NCBI GenBank assembly: GCA_963697335.1
Contig: CAVONQ010000014.1
Location: forward strand, 1-64,000
Source: an uncultured cyanobacterium
Lineage (GTDB): Bacteria > Cyanobacteriota > Cyanobacteriia > PCC-6307 > Cyanobiaceae
DNA length: 64,000 nt
Direction: 5' to 3'
In this document: in pieces, positions 1-11,768 of the stretch
How the letters are laid out: the number at the start of each line of letters is the position of its first letter
Numbering within the stretch: position 1 is the stretch's first letter
Made by a program: the position numbers and the translations under genes
The notes under the pieces: model-generated
What the model was told of the DNA's origin: nothing
Database searches by the model: none
Seen by the model: the letters and a program-made list of their open reading frames with translations, nothing else

Positions 1-160
1 GGGCAGAGATCCAGTCAGGCTTGCTGACAAAAGCGGAGAGTGCGGCAGACACGCAGGGCGTCCAGTGGAGCCGAAGTTGTAACGCTGGCAGCGCGACTGG
101 CAAGAGCAGGCGCGGCCAGACCAGGAACTGACTGTTACCTCTTGCGTCCGGGCTGGATAC

Positions 161-1969
161 TCATCCGTTGAGCTTCAGCACAGCCATGAAGGCCTCCTGG
201 GGTACCTCCACCTTGCCCATGGCCTTCATGCGCTTCTTACCCTTGGCCTGTTTCTGTAGCAGTTTCTTCTTGCGGGAAATATCTCCTCCGTAGCACTTGG
301 CGAGTACGTCCTTGCGCATGGCGCTGATGCTCTCCGAGGCGATCACGCGGCTGCCGATCGAGGCCTGGATGGGTATCTTGAACTGCTGGCGGGGAATCAG
401 TTCCTTCAGCTTCTCTACCAGCCCCTTGCCCACGTTGTAGGCCTTGTCACGGTGCACGATGGTGGTGAGGGGATCGGCCTTCTCGCTGTTGATCAGCACA
501 TCGAGGCGGACAAGCTCATTACGCCGGTAGCCGATCAGCTGGTATTCCATTGAGGCATAGCCCTTGGTGCGGCTCTTCATCTGATCGAAGAAGTCCGTCA
601 CCACCTCGGCCAGCGGCATCTCGTAGTGGAGCGTCACCCGATCGGTGGTGATGTACTTCATGTCCACAAACTCGCCGCGCCGCTCCTGGCACAGCTCCAT
701 CAGGGTGCCGTTGTAGGTGTTGGGGGTGTAAATCTCGAGCTTCACATAGGGCTCTTCGATCGATTCCCGCTTCTGGGGATCCGGCAGGGTGGCGGGGTTG
801 TCCACCATCAGCACAGAGCCATCCAGCAGGTTCACCTGATAGATCACCGAGGGGGCCGTGACGATCAGATCGAGGTTGTATTCCCGCTCCAGCCGCTCCT
901 GCACGATCTCCATGTGCAGGAGCCCCAGAAAGCCGCAGCGGAAGCCAAACCCCATGGCACTGCTGGTTTCCGGCTCGTAGCGCAGGGCCGCATCAGAGAG
1001 CTGCAGCTTGTCGAGAGCCTCGCGCAGATCGGGGTATTGATCAGCATCAGTGGGGAACAGCCCGCAGAACACCATCGGCTTCGCCTCGGTGTAGCCCGGC
1101 AGGGCCGCCGCCGCCGGATTGGCCGCCAGGGTGATCGTGTCACCCACGCGGGCATCGGCCACGGCCTTGATCGAGGCGGCCAGATAGCCCACCTCCCCGG
1201 CGTGGAGGCTGTCCACCTGGCGCTGATCCGGCGCCATCACGCCCACCTCATCGAGCTCGTAGCTCTTGCCGGAGGCCATCAGCAGCACTTTGTCTTTACG
1301 GCTGATCGAGCCGGCCATCACCCGGAAGTACACGATCACGCCGCGGTAGGGGTCGTAGTAGGAGTCGAAGATCAGGGCCTGCAGCGGCTCGGCCATCCGG
1401 TTGGCCGGAGGCGGCACCCGCTCCACCACCGCCTCCAGGATATCGGGTACGCCGAGGCCGGTCTTGGCCGAACAGGCGATGGCCTTGGAGCAGTCGAGGC
1501 CGATGATCGCTTCGATTTCTTCCTTGATCCGCTCCGGATCGGCACCGGGCAGATCGATCTTGTTGAGCACCGGAATGATCTCCAGATCGTTCTCCAGGGC
1601 GAGGTACACATTGGCCAGGGTCTGGGCCTCCACGCCCTGGCTGGCATCCACCACAAGCAGGGCCCCCTCACAGGCCTGCAGCGAGCGACTCACCTCATAG
1701 GAGAAGTCCACATGGCCGGGGGTGTCGATCAGGTTGAGGATGTAATCAGTTCCATCGGCTGCGGTGTAATCCATCCGCGCTGCCTGCAACTTGATCGTGA
1801 TACCCCGTTCTCGCTCCAACTCCATGTTGTCAAGAAACTGCTCCTGCATGTCGCGGGCGGCCACGGTGCCGGTGTCCTGCAGCAAGCGATCGGCCAGGGT
1901 GGATTTGCCGTGATCGATGTGGGCGATGATGCAGAAGTTACGGATGCGGGAAACAGAAACGTCGGTCAT
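161..1969 (-). CDS. lepA: Translation elongation factor 4 (LepA)
   Basis: [15 protein letters not shown] and NKID GTPase motifs; C-terminal [13 protein letters not shown]; start moved to ATG 1969 ([12 protein letters not shown]). Confidence 0.98.
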   Translation of the reverse strand: MTDVSVSRIRNFCIIAHIDHGKSTLADRLLQDTGTVAARDMQEQFLDNMELERERGITIKLQAARMDYTAADGTDYILNLIDTPGHVDFSYEVSRSLQACEGALLVVDASQGVEAQTLANVYLALENDLEIIPVLNKIDLPGADPERIKEEIEAIIGLDCSKAIACSAKTGLGVPDILEAVVERVPPPANRMAEPLQALIFDSYYDPYRGVIVYFRVMAGSISRKDKVLLMASGKSYELDEVGVMAPDQRQVDSLHAGEVGYLAASIKAVADARVGDTITLAANPAAAALPGYTEAKPMVFCGLFPTDADQYPDLREALDKLQLSDAALRYEPETSSAMGFGFRCGFLGLLHMEIVQERLEREYNLDLIVTAPSVIYQVNLLDGSVLMVDNPATLPDPQKRESIEEPYVKLEIYTPNTYNGTLMELCQERRGEFVDMKYITTDRVTLHYEMPLAEVVTDFFDQMKSRTKGYASMEYQLIGYRRNELVRLDVLINSEKADPLTTIVHRDKAYNVGKGLVEKLKELIPRQQFKIPIQASIGSRVIASESISAMRKDVLAKCYGGDISRKKKLLQKQAKGKKRMKAMGKVEVPQEAFMAVLKLNG

Positions 1970-2244
1970 GCGCACGAATTCGGCCGCTCCCGCAGGTCGA
2001 AGCCAGGGGCGGATGCAGGCCGATCCTAGGCAGGGGCAGCGGAGACCCCCCCGAAACTGCCCCGCAGGGTGCATCTGCTGTTCGTAGGCGCCCGGGCATT
2101 GCCGGCTTCAAGGACCGTTTCACCGCAAGCAGCTGCTGCGGCAGATGGCCATCTCCCTGCAGCTGCAGGCTCAGCCCCCGCCAACCTGCCCGGTCAGCCC
2201 AGAGAGCCACTCCTTAGGATGGAACACACAGTCCAATCCATGCC

Positions 2245-2505
2245 ATGACCGCCGAAACCAGCACCCTCGACCCGCGGGCCCTCACCGTTGAAAACGTGGA
2301 GCGCACCCTGGATGAGCTGCGTCCTTACCTGATGGCCGATGGCGGCAACGTGGAGGTGGTGGAGATCGATGGGCCGATCGTGAAGGTGCGCTTACAGGGC
2401 GCTTGCGGCAGCTGCCCGAGCAGCACAATGACCTTGAAAATGGGTATCGAACGCAAGCTGCGTGAGGCCATCCCCGAGGTCAGCGAAGTGGTGCAGGTGC
2501 TCTGA
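2245..2505 (+). CDS. nifU: NifU/Nfu-type Fe-S cluster scaffold protein
   Basis: [12 protein letters not shown] and GACGSCPSS motifs. Confidence 0.93.
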   Translation: MTAETSTLDPRALTVENVERTLDELRPYLMADGGNVEVVEIDGPIVKVRLQGACGSCPSSTMTLKMGIERKLREAIPEVSEVVQVL

Positions 2506-3005
2506 GCTCAGGCCTGCCTGCTTCTGGGGTCCAGCAAACCATGGGGAGCCAGGGTCCGTTGGTTGATCTCCTGGAAAGCTTCTGACCCCGCGCAACGCGT
2601 CGTCAGACCGTTGATCCCCGCTCGACAAGAACCCCATGGAGACCAGGGTCTGGACACGAGCACACCGTTTTGTCCAGGCCATCTCAGAACTGCGAGCTCA
2701 AAACAGGTCCATGAAGCTGGTTGAAGCCGCAACGCCGCCTCACGGTGTGGCTCCTGCCCGCGACTGAATAGAGCCCAATGGCCGTGGGGCTCAGTCAAAT
2801 CCACACTCTGCGGTTGGCTCTTTAAGCCCGGGCACTGCAACCAGCACCAGCAGCGCCAATGTGCAGGGTGACGCTGCTGTGAGCCGGGGAGAGCGGCGAT
2901 CTCAAGCTTTCACGCCGGCACGTACCCCTGCATGGACTGAGGCACCCAGGAGCCGCAAGCCCCGGCCAGGCCTGCTTTTAGGCTGGCCTGACCCGCCCCC
3001 CTGCC

Positions 3006-4277
3006 GTGCTCGATCAGCGCCTGCTGCGCAGCCATCCCGACCAGATCGTGGGCCAGCTGGCCCGCCGCGGCATGGCCGTGGATCTGATCGGTCTGCAGCT
3101 GGTGGCCACTGAGGAACGGGACCTCGAGCAGCGCCGCAGTGGCCTGCAGGCGGAGGGCAACCGCATCGGCAAGGAGGTGGGTCAGCTGATCCGAGGCGGG
3201 GCCGATCCGGGCGGGCCGGACGTGGCCGCGCTGCGGGAGCAGGGCAACCGGGTGAAGCAGCAGGTGGCGGTGCTGGAGGAGGAGGAGAAAGCCCTGCAGA
3301 GCCAGCTGCGCGAGCAGTTGCTCACCCTGCCCAACCTGCCCGCCCCCGAGGTGCCCGAAGGCCGCAGTGAGGCCGACAACGTGGAAGTGAAGCGCTGGGG
3401 CGAGCCGCGGCCAGCAGACGGCCTGCAGGAGCACTGGCAGATCGGCGAGCGTCTGGGCCTCTGGGAAACCGAACGCTCCGTGCGCATCGCCCAGAGCCGC
3501 TTCATCACCTTGCTGGGGGCCGGCGCCCGGCTGGAGCGTGCCCTGATCAGCTTCATGCTCGATCACCACACCGCCTGCGGCTACACCGAGGTGCTGCCGC
3601 CGATTCTGGTGAACTCGGCCAGCCTCACCGGCTCGGGCCAGCTGCCCAAGTTCGCCGAGGAGAGCTTCCAGTGCGCCGGCGACGACCTCTGGCTCACCCC
3701 CACCGCCGAGGTACCGCTCACCTCCCTGCACCGCGATGAGGTGATCCCCGCCGAGCAGCTGCCCCTGCGCTACTGCGCCTACACCCCCTGTTTCCGCCGC
3801 GAGGCCGGCTCCTACGGCCGCGACACCCGCGGCCTGATCCGCCTGCACCAGTTCAACAAGGTGGAGCTCTACTGGTTCTGCCATCCCGACCAGTCGGCGG
3901 GCGCCCTGGAGCTGATCACCGCCCAGGCTGAATCGATCCTGGAAGCCCTGCAGCTCCCCTACCGCCGCATCGAACTCTGCGCCGGTGATCTCGGCTTCTC
4001 CGCAGCTCGCACCTTCGATCTGGAGGTGTGGCTGCCCGGCGCCGGCGCCTACCGCGAGATCTCCAGCTGCTCCCTCTGCCACGACTTCCAGGCCCGCCGC
4101 TCCGCCATCCGCTTCAAGCAGGGCAAGACCACCCAGCTGCTGCACACCCTCAACGGCAGTGGCCTGGCCGTGGGCCGCACCATGGCCGCCCTGCTCGAGA
4201 ACGGTCAGCAGGCCGATGGCTCGGTGACCCTGCCGGCCGCCCTGGTGCCCTACTTCGGCGGCGACAGGATCGGTTGA
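3006..4277 (+). CDS. serS: Serine--tRNA ligase
   Basis: GQLPKF, LTPTAEVP, CFRREAGSYGRDTRGLIRLHQF, HTLNGSGLA. Confidence 0.98.
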   Translation: MLDQRLLRSHPDQIVGQLARRGMAVDLIGLQLVATEERDLEQRRSGLQAEGNRIGKEVGQLIRGGADPGGPDVAALREQGNRVKQQVAVLEEEEKALQSQLREQLLTLPNLPAPEVPEGRSEADNVEVKRWGEPRPADGLQEHWQIGERLGLWETERSVRIAQSRFITLLGAGARLERALISFMLDHHTACGYTEVLPPILVNSASLTGSGQLPKFAEESFQCAGDDLWLTPTAEVPLTSLHRDEVIPAEQLPLRYCAYTPCFRREAGSYGRDTRGLIRLHQFNKVELYWFCHPDQSAGALELITAQAESILEALQLPYRRIELCAGDLGFSAARTFDLEVWLPGAGAYREISSCSLCHDFQARRSAIRFKQGKTTQLLHTLNGSGLAVGRTMAALLENGQQADGSVTLPAALVPYFGGDRIG

Positions 4278-4356
4278 GGCCAGGTAGCCGCCCCTGCCGC
4301 CAAGCGGTACAGCCGCCAGCGGCCCCACAATGGATGTCCTCAGCGGCACGACCTGA

Positions 4357-5445
4357 ATGGGCGTTCTCACGGCACTGGCGATCCTGGCGGGGCTGATCGT
4401 GGTGCACGAGGCCGGCCACTTCTTCGCGGCCACCTGGCAGGGCATCCGGGTGAGCAGCTTCTCGATCGGCTTCGGGCCGGTGCTGCTGGAGCGCCAGCGC
4501 CGGGGCGTGCAGTTCGCCCTGCGGGCCATCCCCCTGGGCGGCTTCGTGGCCTTCCCCGACGACGACGAGGACAGCCCGATCGCCAAGAACGATCCCGACC
4601 TGCTCACCAACAGGCCCCTGCACCAGCGCGCCCTGGTGATCGCCGCCGGGGTGCTGGCCAACCTGCTGCTGGCCTGGCTGGTGCTGGTGGCCCAGGGCGC
4701 GGTGATCGGCCTGCCGGCCGGCTTCAGCGCCACCCCGGGGGTGCTGGTGTCGGGCGTACTGCCGGGCCAGCCCGCCGCCGTGGCCGGCCTGCAGCCGGGC
4801 GATCGCATCGTGGCCCTGGCCGGCGAGGACATCGGCGGCGGCCAGCAGGCCGTGGCCTCCCTGGTGGAGCGGATCAAGGCGGCGCCGGAGCGCGATCTCA
4901 CCCTGGTGGCCGAACGCGGCGATCAGCGCCTGGCCCTGCGGCTCACCCCCAGCGATCTCGACGGCGTGGGCCGCATCGGCGCCCAGCTGCAGCCCAACGG
5001 CACCGAGTTGTTCCGCCCGGCCCGCAGCCCCCTGGAGGTGATGGGCCAGGCCAGCCGCGACAGCTGGCTGCTGCTGAAGCGCACCGCCGGCGGCTTTGTC
5101 ACCCTGGCCACCCACTTCGGCGAAACGGCCTCCCAGGTGTCCGGTCCCGTGAAGATCGTGGAGATGGGCGCCAGCCTGGCCCAGCAGGGCGGCGGCAGCC
5201 TGTTCCTGTTCACGGCGCTGATCTCGATCAACCTGGCGGTACTCAACGCCCTGCCCCTGCCTCTCCTCGATGGCGGCCAGCTCGCCCTGCTGCTGCTTGA
5301 GGGCGTGCGGGGGCGGCCCTTGCCGCAGCGCTTCCAGATGGCCTTCATGCAGTCTGGCTTCGTGTTCCTGGTGGGCCTCAGCATGCTGCTGATCGTGAAG
5401 GACACCTCCCAGCTGCCCGCCGTGCAGCAACTGCTCGGGCGCTGA
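4357..5445 (+). CDS. rseP: RIP metalloprotease RseP
   Basis: HEAGH zinc motif, PDZ-like middle, NALPLPLLDGG. Confidence 0.95.
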   Translation: MGVLTALAILAGLIVVHEAGHFFAATWQGIRVSSFSIGFGPVLLERQRRGVQFALRAIPLGGFVAFPDDDEDSPIAKNDPDLLTNRPLHQRALVIAAGVLANLLLAWLVLVAQGAVIGLPAGFSATPGVLVSGVLPGQPAAVAGLQPGDRIVALAGEDIGGGQQAVASLVERIKAAPERDLTLVAERGDQRLALRLTPSDLDGVGRIGAQLQPNGTELFRPARSPLEVMGQASRDSWLLLKRTAGGFVTLATHFGETASQVSGPVKIVEMGASLAQQGGGSLFLFTALISINLAVLNALPLPLLDGGQLALLLLEGVRGRPLPQRFQMAFMQSGFVFLVGLSMLLIVKDTSQLPAVQQLLGR

Positions 5446-5457
5446 TCGGGCCACGCC

Positions 5458-6111
5458 ATGCCGCGCCTCGCCACCGCCCGTCAGCGGGCGCCCCTGATCC
5501 TGGAGCGCCTCGGCCTGCTCTACCCGGAAGCCACCTGCTCCCTCGACTGGCGCACGCCCTACGAGCTGCTGGTGGCCACCATGCTCTCGGCCCAGTGCAC
5601 CGATGAACGGGTGAACCGGATCACCCCTGCCCTGTTCGAGCGCTTCCCCGACGCCGCCAGCGCCGCCGTGGTGGACGCCACCGAGGTGGAGCCCTACGTG
5701 CACTCGGCGGGCTTCTTCCGCAACAAGGCCAGGAACATCGTGGCCGCCTCGCGGCTGCTGGTCGAGCGCCATGGCGGCGACGTCCCCCGCACGATGGAAG
5801 AGCTGCTGGAGTTGCCGGGCGTGGCCCGCAAGACCGCCTCGGTGGTGCTGGCCTGGTGCTACGGCATCAACGCCGGCGTCACGGTGGACACCCACGTGAG
5901 CCGCCTGGCCCAGCGGCTGCGCCTCAGCCGCCACAGCGAACCACGCCGCATCGAGCCGGATCTGATGAAGCTGGTCCCCCAGCCCCACTGGCAGACCCTC
6001 TCGATCCGGCTGATCTTCCATGGCCGCGCCGTCTGCACCGCCCGCAGCCCCCGCTGCCCCAGCTGCCCGATCGCCGACCTCTGCCCGATGGGGGCAGGGG
6101 CCACGCGGTAG
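5458..6111 (+). CDS. nth: Endonuclease III
   Basis: LSAQCTDERVN, HhH LPGVARKTA, VDTHV, C-x6-C-x2-C-x5-C Fe-S motif. Confidence 0.96.
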   Translation: MPRLATARQRAPLILERLGLLYPEATCSLDWRTPYELLVATMLSAQCTDERVNRITPALFERFPDAASAAVVDATEVEPYVHSAGFFRNKARNIVAASRLLVERHGGDVPRTMEELLELPGVARKTASVVLAWCYGINAGVTVDTHVSRLAQRLRLSRHSEPRRIEPDLMKLVPQPHWQTLSIRLIFHGRAVCTARSPRCPSCPIADLCPMGAGATR

Positions 6112-6147
6112 GCTCAACGATCCCTGACCGCTACCACTCCGGCCCGC

Positions 6148-6450
6148 ATGGCGAAGAAGTCGATGATTGCGCGCGACGTGAAGCGCAAGAAGATGGTGGA
6201 GCGCTTCGCCGTCAGGCGCGCTGCCCTGAAGGCCGCCTTCGAAGCCGCGGCCGATCCGATGGAGCGGCTGGAGATCCACCGCAAGATCCAGTCCCTGCCC
6301 CGCAACAGCGCCCCCAACCGGGTGCGCAACCGCTGCTGGGCCACCGGCAAGCCCCGGGGTGTGTACCGCGACTTCGGCCTGTGCCGCAACCAGCTCCGGG
6401 CGCGCGCCCACAAGGGTGAGCTGCCCGGCGTGGTCAAGTCGTCCTGGTGA
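6148..6450 (+). CDS. rpsN: 30S ribosomal protein S14
   Basis: [13 protein letters not shown]...[12 protein letters not shown]...[11 protein letters not shown]. Confidence 0.98.
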   Translation: MAKKSMIARDVKRKKMVERFAVRRAALKAAFEAAADPMERLEIHRKIQSLPRNSAPNRVRNRCWATGKPRGVYRDFGLCRNQLRARAHKGELPGVVKSSW

Positions 6451-6546
6451 TCGCCGGCCTCAGCTGTGCTGGGGGTGGGGGGTCTCACCTCCACCCCGGC
6501 ACCGCCAAATGCGAGAATGGACGTTGACAAAGAGAGATAAGGCCAA

Positions 6547-8673
6547 GTGCAAGGACAAACTCAGTCGATCTCCTTCGATGGTCGGGAGATCCGGCTGACC
6601 ACCGGGCGATTTGCTCCCCAGGCAGGGGGTGCGGTGATGGTGGAGTGTGGTGATACTTCGGTTCTGGTGACCGCCACCCGCTCCAAAGGCCGTGAAGGCA
6701 TCGATTTCCTCCCCCTGATCTGCGACTACGAGGAGCGCCTCTACGCCGCCGGCCGGATCCCCGGCAGCTTCATGCGCCGCGAGTCGCGCCCCCCCGAGCG
6801 CGCCACCCTCATCTGCCGCCTGATCGACCGCCCGATGCGGCCGCTGTTCCCGAGCTGGATGCGCGACGACCTCCAGATCGTGGCCACCTGCCTCTCGCTC
6901 GATGAGCGGGTACCGCCCGATGTGCTCGCCGTGACCGGCGCCTCGATGGCCACCCTGCTGGCCAAAATTCCCTTCCACGGCCCCATGGCCGCCGTGCGGG
7001 TGGGCCTGCTGGGCGACGACTTCGTGCTCAACCCCACCTACCGCGAAACCGAGCGTTCCGAACTGGATCTGGTGGTGGCCGGCACCCCCCAGGGCGTGAT
7101 CATGGTGGAGGCGGGCGCCAACCAGCTGCCCGAACAGGATGTGATCGAGGCCATCGACTTCGGCTACGAGGCCGTGTGCGAACTGATCAAGGCCCAGCAG
7201 AACCTGCTCAAGGATCTGGGCATCGAGCAGGTGTTCCCCGAGCCCTTGGTGGAAGACCCCGCCCTGCCCACCTACCTGGCGGCGGAGTGCAGCCAGCCGA
7301 TCGGCGAGCTGCTGAAGCAGTTCAGCCTCAGCAAGGCCGAGCGCGACGAGAAGCTCGATGCGATCAAGGCCGAGGTGGGCCAGAAGATTGCCCTCCTCGG
7401 TGAAGACGACCCGATCCGCAAGGGCTCTTGCGGCAAGGCCCTTGGCAACGCCTACAAGCGCCTCACCAAGCAGCTGATGCGCGCCCAGATCGTGGGCGAA
7501 GGCAAGCGCGTCGATGGCCGCAGCCTCGATGAGGTGCGCCCGATCCAGGCCGCCGCCGGCGTGCTGCCCAAGCGCGTGCACGGCTCGGCCCTGTTCCAGC
7601 GCGGCCTCACCCAGGTGCTCTCCTGCGCCACCCTCGGCACCCCCAGTGACGCCCAGGAGATGGACGACCTCAACCCGTCCACCGAGAAGACCTACCTGCA
7701 CCACTACAACTTCCCCCCCTACTCCACCGGCGAAACCAAGCCGATGCGCTCCCCCGGCCGCCGCGAGATCGGCCACGGCGCCCTGGCGGAGCGGGCGATC
7801 ATTCCGGTGCTGCCCGCCAAGGAATCCTTCCCGTACGTGCTGCGCGTGGTGTCGGAGTGCCTGAGCTCCAACGGCTCCACCTCCATGGGCTCGGTGTGCG
7901 GCAGCACCCTGGCCTTGATGGATGCCGGCGTACCCCTGAAGGCCCCCGTGAGCGGCGCCGCCATGGGCCTGATCAAGGAGGGCGAGGAGGTGCGCATCCT
8001 CACCGACATCCAGGGCATCGAGGACTTCCTCGGTGACATGGACTTCAAGGTGGCCGGCACCGAGAAGGGCATCACCGCCCTGCAGATGGACATGAAGATC
8101 ACCGGCCTGGCCGTGAGCACCGTGGCCGAGGCCATCAACCAGGCCCGTCCGGCCCGGCTGCACATCCTCGAGAAGATGCTCGAGGCGATCGACAAGCCCA
8201 ACCAGACCCTCAGCCCCCATGCCCCGCGCCTGCTCAGCTTCCGCATCGATCCGGAACTGATCGGCACCGTGATCGGCCCCGGCGGCCGCACGATCAAGGG
8301 CATCACCGAGCGCACCAACACCAAGATCGACATCGAGGACGGCGGCGTGGTGACCATTGCCAGCCACGACGGTGCCGCCGCCGAGGAGGCCCAGAGGATC
8401 ATCGAGGGCCTCACCCGCCGCATCTCCGAAGGGGAGGTGTTCTGCGGCGGTGTCACCCGCGTGATTCCCATCGGCGCCTTCGTGCAGATCCTGCCCGGCA
8501 AGGAGGGCATGATCCACATCTCCCAGCTCAGCGAATCGCGGGTGGAGAAGGTGGAGGATGTGGTGAACGTGGGCGATCAAGTGACGGTGCGGGTGCGCGA
8601 GATCGACAACCGCGGCCGCATCAACCTGACCCTGCGCGGCGTGCCCCAGGCCGACAGCCCGGTGCCCGTCTGA
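6547..8673 (+). CDS. pnp: Polyribonucleotide nucleotidyltransferase
   Basis: Two RNase PH domains ([24 protein letters not shown]), KH and S1 domains. Confidence 0.98.
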   Translation: MQGQTQSISFDGREIRLTTGRFAPQAGGAVMVECGDTSVLVTATRSKGREGIDFLPLICDYEERLYAAGRIPGSFMRRESRPPERATLICRLIDRPMRPLFPSWMRDDLQIVATCLSLDERVPPDVLAVTGASMATLLAKIPFHGPMAAVRVGLLGDDFVLNPTYRETERSELDLVVAGTPQGVIMVEAGANQLPEQDVIEAIDFGYEAVCELIKAQQNLLKDLGIEQVFPEPLVEDPALPTYLAAECSQPIGELLKQFSLSKAERDEKLDAIKAEVGQKIALLGEDDPIRKGSCGKALGNAYKRLTKQLMRAQIVGEGKRVDGRSLDEVRPIQAAAGVLPKRVHGSALFQRGLTQVLSCATLGTPSDAQEMDDLNPSTEKTYLHHYNFPPYSTGETKPMRSPGRREIGHGALAERAIIPVLPAKESFPYVLRVVSECLSSNGSTSMGSVCGSTLALMDAGVPLKAPVSGAAMGLIKEGEEVRILTDIQGIEDFLGDMDFKVAGTEKGITALQMDMKITGLAVSTVAEAINQARPARLHILEKMLEAIDKPNQTLSPHAPRLLSFRIDPELIGTVIGPGGRTIKGITERTNTKIDIEDGGVVTIASHDGAAAEEAQRIIEGLTRRISEGEVFCGGVTRVIPIGAFVQILPGKEGMIHISQLSESRVEKVEDVVNVGDQVTVRVREIDNRGRINLTLRGVPQADSPVPV

Positions 8674-8691
8674 GGGGCCGGGGGCCCGAGG

Positions 8692-9618
8692 TCAGAGCGC
8701 GAAGCCCGGGTCGATCACGGCCATGGCCGCTCTGGCCCGCTCGCACAGCTGGCTGTGTGCCGGGCCATGGCTGGCGATCAGGCAGCCGGCCTGGCGCACG
8801 TCACCGCTGTTGTAGGTGAGTGGCGCGCCATCGGCGTGGCTGAAGCGCCCGCCGGCTGCCCGTAGCACCGCCTCGGGCGCGGCCATGTCCCAGTCCTTCG
8901 GGGCACTCTTGCCCGAGAGCGAGATATAGAGGTCGGTCTCACCCCGCAGGATTGTGGCCACCTTGCCGCCCACGCTGCCGATCGCCTTGGTGTCGCCCAG
9001 CTCGAGGGCGGCCAACAACTGCTCCAGCCGCTGGTCGCGGTGGTTGCGGCTGGCCACCAGCACCAGCTCGCCCAGCTCGCGACGGCCGCTGAGCCGGGCG
9101 GGGCTGCGCTCGCCACTGCGGCTCTCGCACCAGGCCTCACCGGCCTCGCCCGCCACCACGCCGATCCAGAGCTCCTCCATCTCGGGCAGCAGCACCACCC
9201 CCAGCACCGGTGCACCGTCGCGCACCAGGGCAAGGTGCACGGCGTACTCACCAGTGCCCTGCAGAAAGTCCTTGGTGCCATCGAGGGGATCGAGGATCCA
9301 GATCCACTCGGCCGCCAGGGGCTCACCCGCCGTGAGCTGCTCGCTGGCGGTCTCCTCGCTGAGCAGGGTCCAGTCGGCGGCGGGGAAGGCGCTGCCCAGG
9401 CCATCGAGCAACCAGCGGTTCACGGCCAGGTCGGCGGCACTCACCGGCCCCTCTCCGCCGGAGTCCACGCTGAGGGCGGCGGCGAAGCCATAGGGGGGTT
9501 GCTCACCGCGGGCGTAGGCGCGCAGGATGTCGGCCGCGCCCCAGCTGAGCCGGCGCAGCACCGCTAGCAGCTCCTCCAGGGCGATGCCCGAAGGCAGAGC
9601 GAGGGTCACGGCCATCAT
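8692..9618 (-). CDS. cysQ: 3'(2'),5'-bisphosphate nucleotidase CysQ (inositol monophosphatase family)
   Basis: LSEE, WILDPLDGTKDF, WDMAAPEA motifs. Confidence 0.9.
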   Translation of the reverse strand: MMAVTLALPSGIALEELLAVLRRLSWGAADILRAYARGEQPPYGFAAALSVDSGGEGPVSAADLAVNRWLLDGLGSAFPAADWTLLSEETASEQLTAGEPLAAEWIWILDPLDGTKDFLQGTGEYAVHLALVRDGAPVLGVVLLPEMEELWIGVVAGEAGEAWCESRSGERSPARLSGRRELGELVLVASRNHRDQRLEQLLAALELGDTKAIGSVGGKVATILRGETDLYISLSGKSAPKDWDMAAPEAVLRAAGGRFSHADGAPLTYNSGDVRQAGCLIASHGPAHSQLCERARAAMAVIDPGFAL

Positions 9619-9680
9619 GCTGGAGCTGCAGGGGTCATTGTGCAGGACAACCCAGCTGATTCCAGAAGCGGCCTGATCCC

Positions 9681-10547
9681 GTGACCCAACACCCAGAACC
9701 GGCGCCGGGGGTGCTCTACCTGGTGGGCACCCCGATCGGCCATCTCGGCGACCTCTCGCCCCGGGCCCGGCAGGTGCTGGCGGGGGTGGACCGCATCGCC
9801 TGCGAAGACACCCGCCGCAGCGGCCTGCTGCTGCACCAGCTCGGCCTGCGCGGCCGGGACCACGGCCCGCGGCTGCTGTCGTTCCATCAGCACAACCAGG
9901 CCGCCCGGATCCCGGAACTGCTGGCCGCCCTGCAGGCCGGCGAGGCCATCGCCGTGATCAGCGATGCGGGCCTGCCGGGCATCTCCGACCCTGGCGAGAT
10001 CCTGGTGGCCGCCGCTCGCGCCGCCGGGCTGGAGGTGATCTGCGTGCCGGGGCCCAGCGCCGTGACCACCGCCCTTGTGAGCAGTGGACTGCCCTGCGGC
10101 CGCTTCTGCTTCGAGGGCTTCCTGCCGCCCAGGGCCAGCCAGCGGCGCCAGCGCCTGCAGCAGTTGGCCCAAGACGAGCGCACCCTGGTGCTCTATGAAG
10201 CGCCGCACCGCCTGCTGGATCTGCTCGAAGACCTGCTGGCCACGGTGGGGGACCGGCCCCTGCAGGTGGCCCGCGAACTCACCAAGCGCCACGAGGAGCA
10301 GGTGGGGCCCACGGTGGCAGCGGCCCTGGAGCACTTCCGCCACACCCCGCCCCAGGGGGAGTGCACCCTGGTGCTGGGCGGCGCCCCGGCGGCGGCCCCA
10401 GCCGCCTGGGATGAGGCAGCTCTGCGCCAGGAGCTCGATGCGCTGGTGGCCGGGGGCCTCAGCGGCCGAGATGCGGCCCGGTGCCTGGCGGAGCGCAGCG
10501 GCCACAGCCGCCGGGATCTCTACGCCCTGCTGCACCGGGGCGGCTGA
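9681..10547 (+). CDS. rsmI: 16S rRNA (cytidine1402-2'-O)-methyltransferase
   Basis: LYLVGTPIGHLGD, ACEDTR, SDAGLPGISDPG, RELTKRHEE. Confidence 0.96.
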   Translation: MTQHPEPAPGVLYLVGTPIGHLGDLSPRARQVLAGVDRIACEDTRRSGLLLHQLGLRGRDHGPRLLSFHQHNQAARIPELLAALQAGEAIAVISDAGLPGISDPGEILVAAARAAGLEVICVPGPSAVTTALVSSGLPCGRFCFEGFLPPRASQRRQRLQQLAQDERTLVLYEAPHRLLDLLEDLLATVGDRPLQVARELTKRHEEQVGPTVAAALEHFRHTPPQGECTLVLGGAPAAAPAAWDEAALRQELDALVAGGLSGRDAARCLAERSGHSRRDLYALLHRGG

Positions 10548-10582
10548 GCAGGCAGACTCCTGCCAAGCCTCACTCCGCTGCC

Positions 10583-10825
10583 ATGCTCGTGCGCCTGCGC
10601 CTGGTGCTGGCCAGCCTCTCCAGCGGCGCCCTGCTGCTGCTGCTGCTCTGCCTAGGCGCCCAGAACCTGGAGCAGCGCCCGAAGCTGTGGCTGGGTGCGG
10701 GCAGCACCGCGCCCCTGCCGGCCGGTTTCCTGGTGGGGCTGGCCCTGGTGGCCGGGGTGATCAGTGGGGGGTGCTCCGCCGCCCTTCTCTGGCCGGGGGC
10801 CAGAGGGGAGCGCCTGGAGGGCTAG
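10583..10825 (+). CDS. Small two-TM membrane protein
   Basis: ATG 10583; two hydrophobic segments around LGAQNL, a pattern seen in cyanobacterial small membrane proteins. Confidence 0.7.
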   Translation: MLVRLRLVLASLSSGALLLLLLCLGAQNLEQRPKLWLGAGSTAPLPAGFLVGLALVAGVISGGCSAALLWPGARGERLEG

Positions 10826-11679
10826 GGCCGCGGTGCCGGGGGGCTGCCTGGCTCCGGCAGGGCGTAGAGACTGCCATCGATCACGACCCGACTGATGCCC
10901 TGGGCGCTCAGGTAAGGGGCAGTGAGCAGCAGCAGGCGGGGATTCGGCAGCGGGATCACCCGCTGGTTGCGGCCGCAGTGGCGCTTTGCCAGGCGTTGGT
11001 TGCCGAACACGCCCACCGCCTGGCGCTCCTCCTCGTCCTGGGGGAGGGGCCCCAGCTCGGTGAACTCCCGCAGGGGCTTAGCCAGCAGCTCCACCATCTT
11101 GTCCACCAGCAGGAAGGCGGTGCTGGGCAGCTCGGCTTCCGCCAGGGGCCGGCAGGTGATCGGTTCCGGTGGGTGGTCGAGGGCCAGCACCGGCACGGTC
11201 ACGAAGGTCTCGCTGCCGTCGTCCTCGCTGTCAGCAGCGTCGCCGTCGGCCTCCTCGCCCTCGGGGTCGTCGCCGAAGTCATCGGCATCGTCGATGGCCC
11301 ACACCCGCCGTCGACCGCCATCCAGCGGGTCGTCGACCGGATCGAAGATGCTGGGTTCAAGATCCGAATCGCGTTCGGGATCGGCTTCGGAGCCGGAGCC
11401 GGGATCGGCAGCTGGCGCGGCGCCGGCCTCGGGGGCGTTCTCCACCGGGGGGAGGGGCGCGGCGGCCGGTGTGGCGGCCGTCTCTCCGGCAGCGGGCTGC
11501 CTACCGCGCCTCTGCTTGAGCTGCTCGTACTCAGCGGGATCGAGGCACGCCTTCAGGGTGCGGCTGATGGTGTTGGCACTGCAGCCGTACAGCTGGCCCA
11601 GCTCCGTGCTGGTCTCCCCCGCCCGGTAGCGCGCCACGATCTCATTCTTCTGACCCTCGGAAAGCCGGCTAGCCACCAT
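10822..11679 (-). CDS. N-terminal helix-turn-helix protein with acidic linker
   Basis: MVASRLSEGQKNEIVARYRAGETSTELGQLYGCSANTISRTLK HTH; D/E-rich middle; start trimmed so it does not overlap the tRNA. Confidence 0.8.
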   Translation of the reverse strand: MVASRLSEGQKNEIVARYRAGETSTELGQLYGCSANTISRTLKACLDPAEYEQLKQRRGRQPAAGETAATPAAAPLPPVENAPEAGAAPAADPGSGSEADPERDSDLEPSIFDPVDDPLDGGRRRVWAIDDADDFGDDPEGEEADGDAADSEDDGSETFVTVPVLALDHPPEPITCRPLAEAELPSTAFLLVDKMVELLAKPLREFTELGPLPQDEEERQAVGVFGNQRLAKRHCGRNQRVIPLPNPRLLLLTAPYLSAQGISRVVIDGSLYALPEPGSPPAPRP

Positions 11680-11768
11680 CCACCGTCCATCCAGAGCAGC
11701 AGGCCACTTTAAGGGCCTCACCGGGAGCGGCTGGCACAATGCCCCCAGCCGGCCCGCCGGGCCGACCT

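Noticed and set aside
2508..2840. 110-aa minus-strand ORF between nifU and serS
   Set aside because: No recognisable motif, weak start and atypical composition; cannot support it as a gene
626..8580. Long antisense/alternate-frame ORFs (e.g. 626-2029, 2910-4901, 4150-6411, 6460-8580)
   Set aside because: Shadows of well-supported genes caused by high-GC codon bias; no protein motifs. The same applies to similar ORFs across the window.
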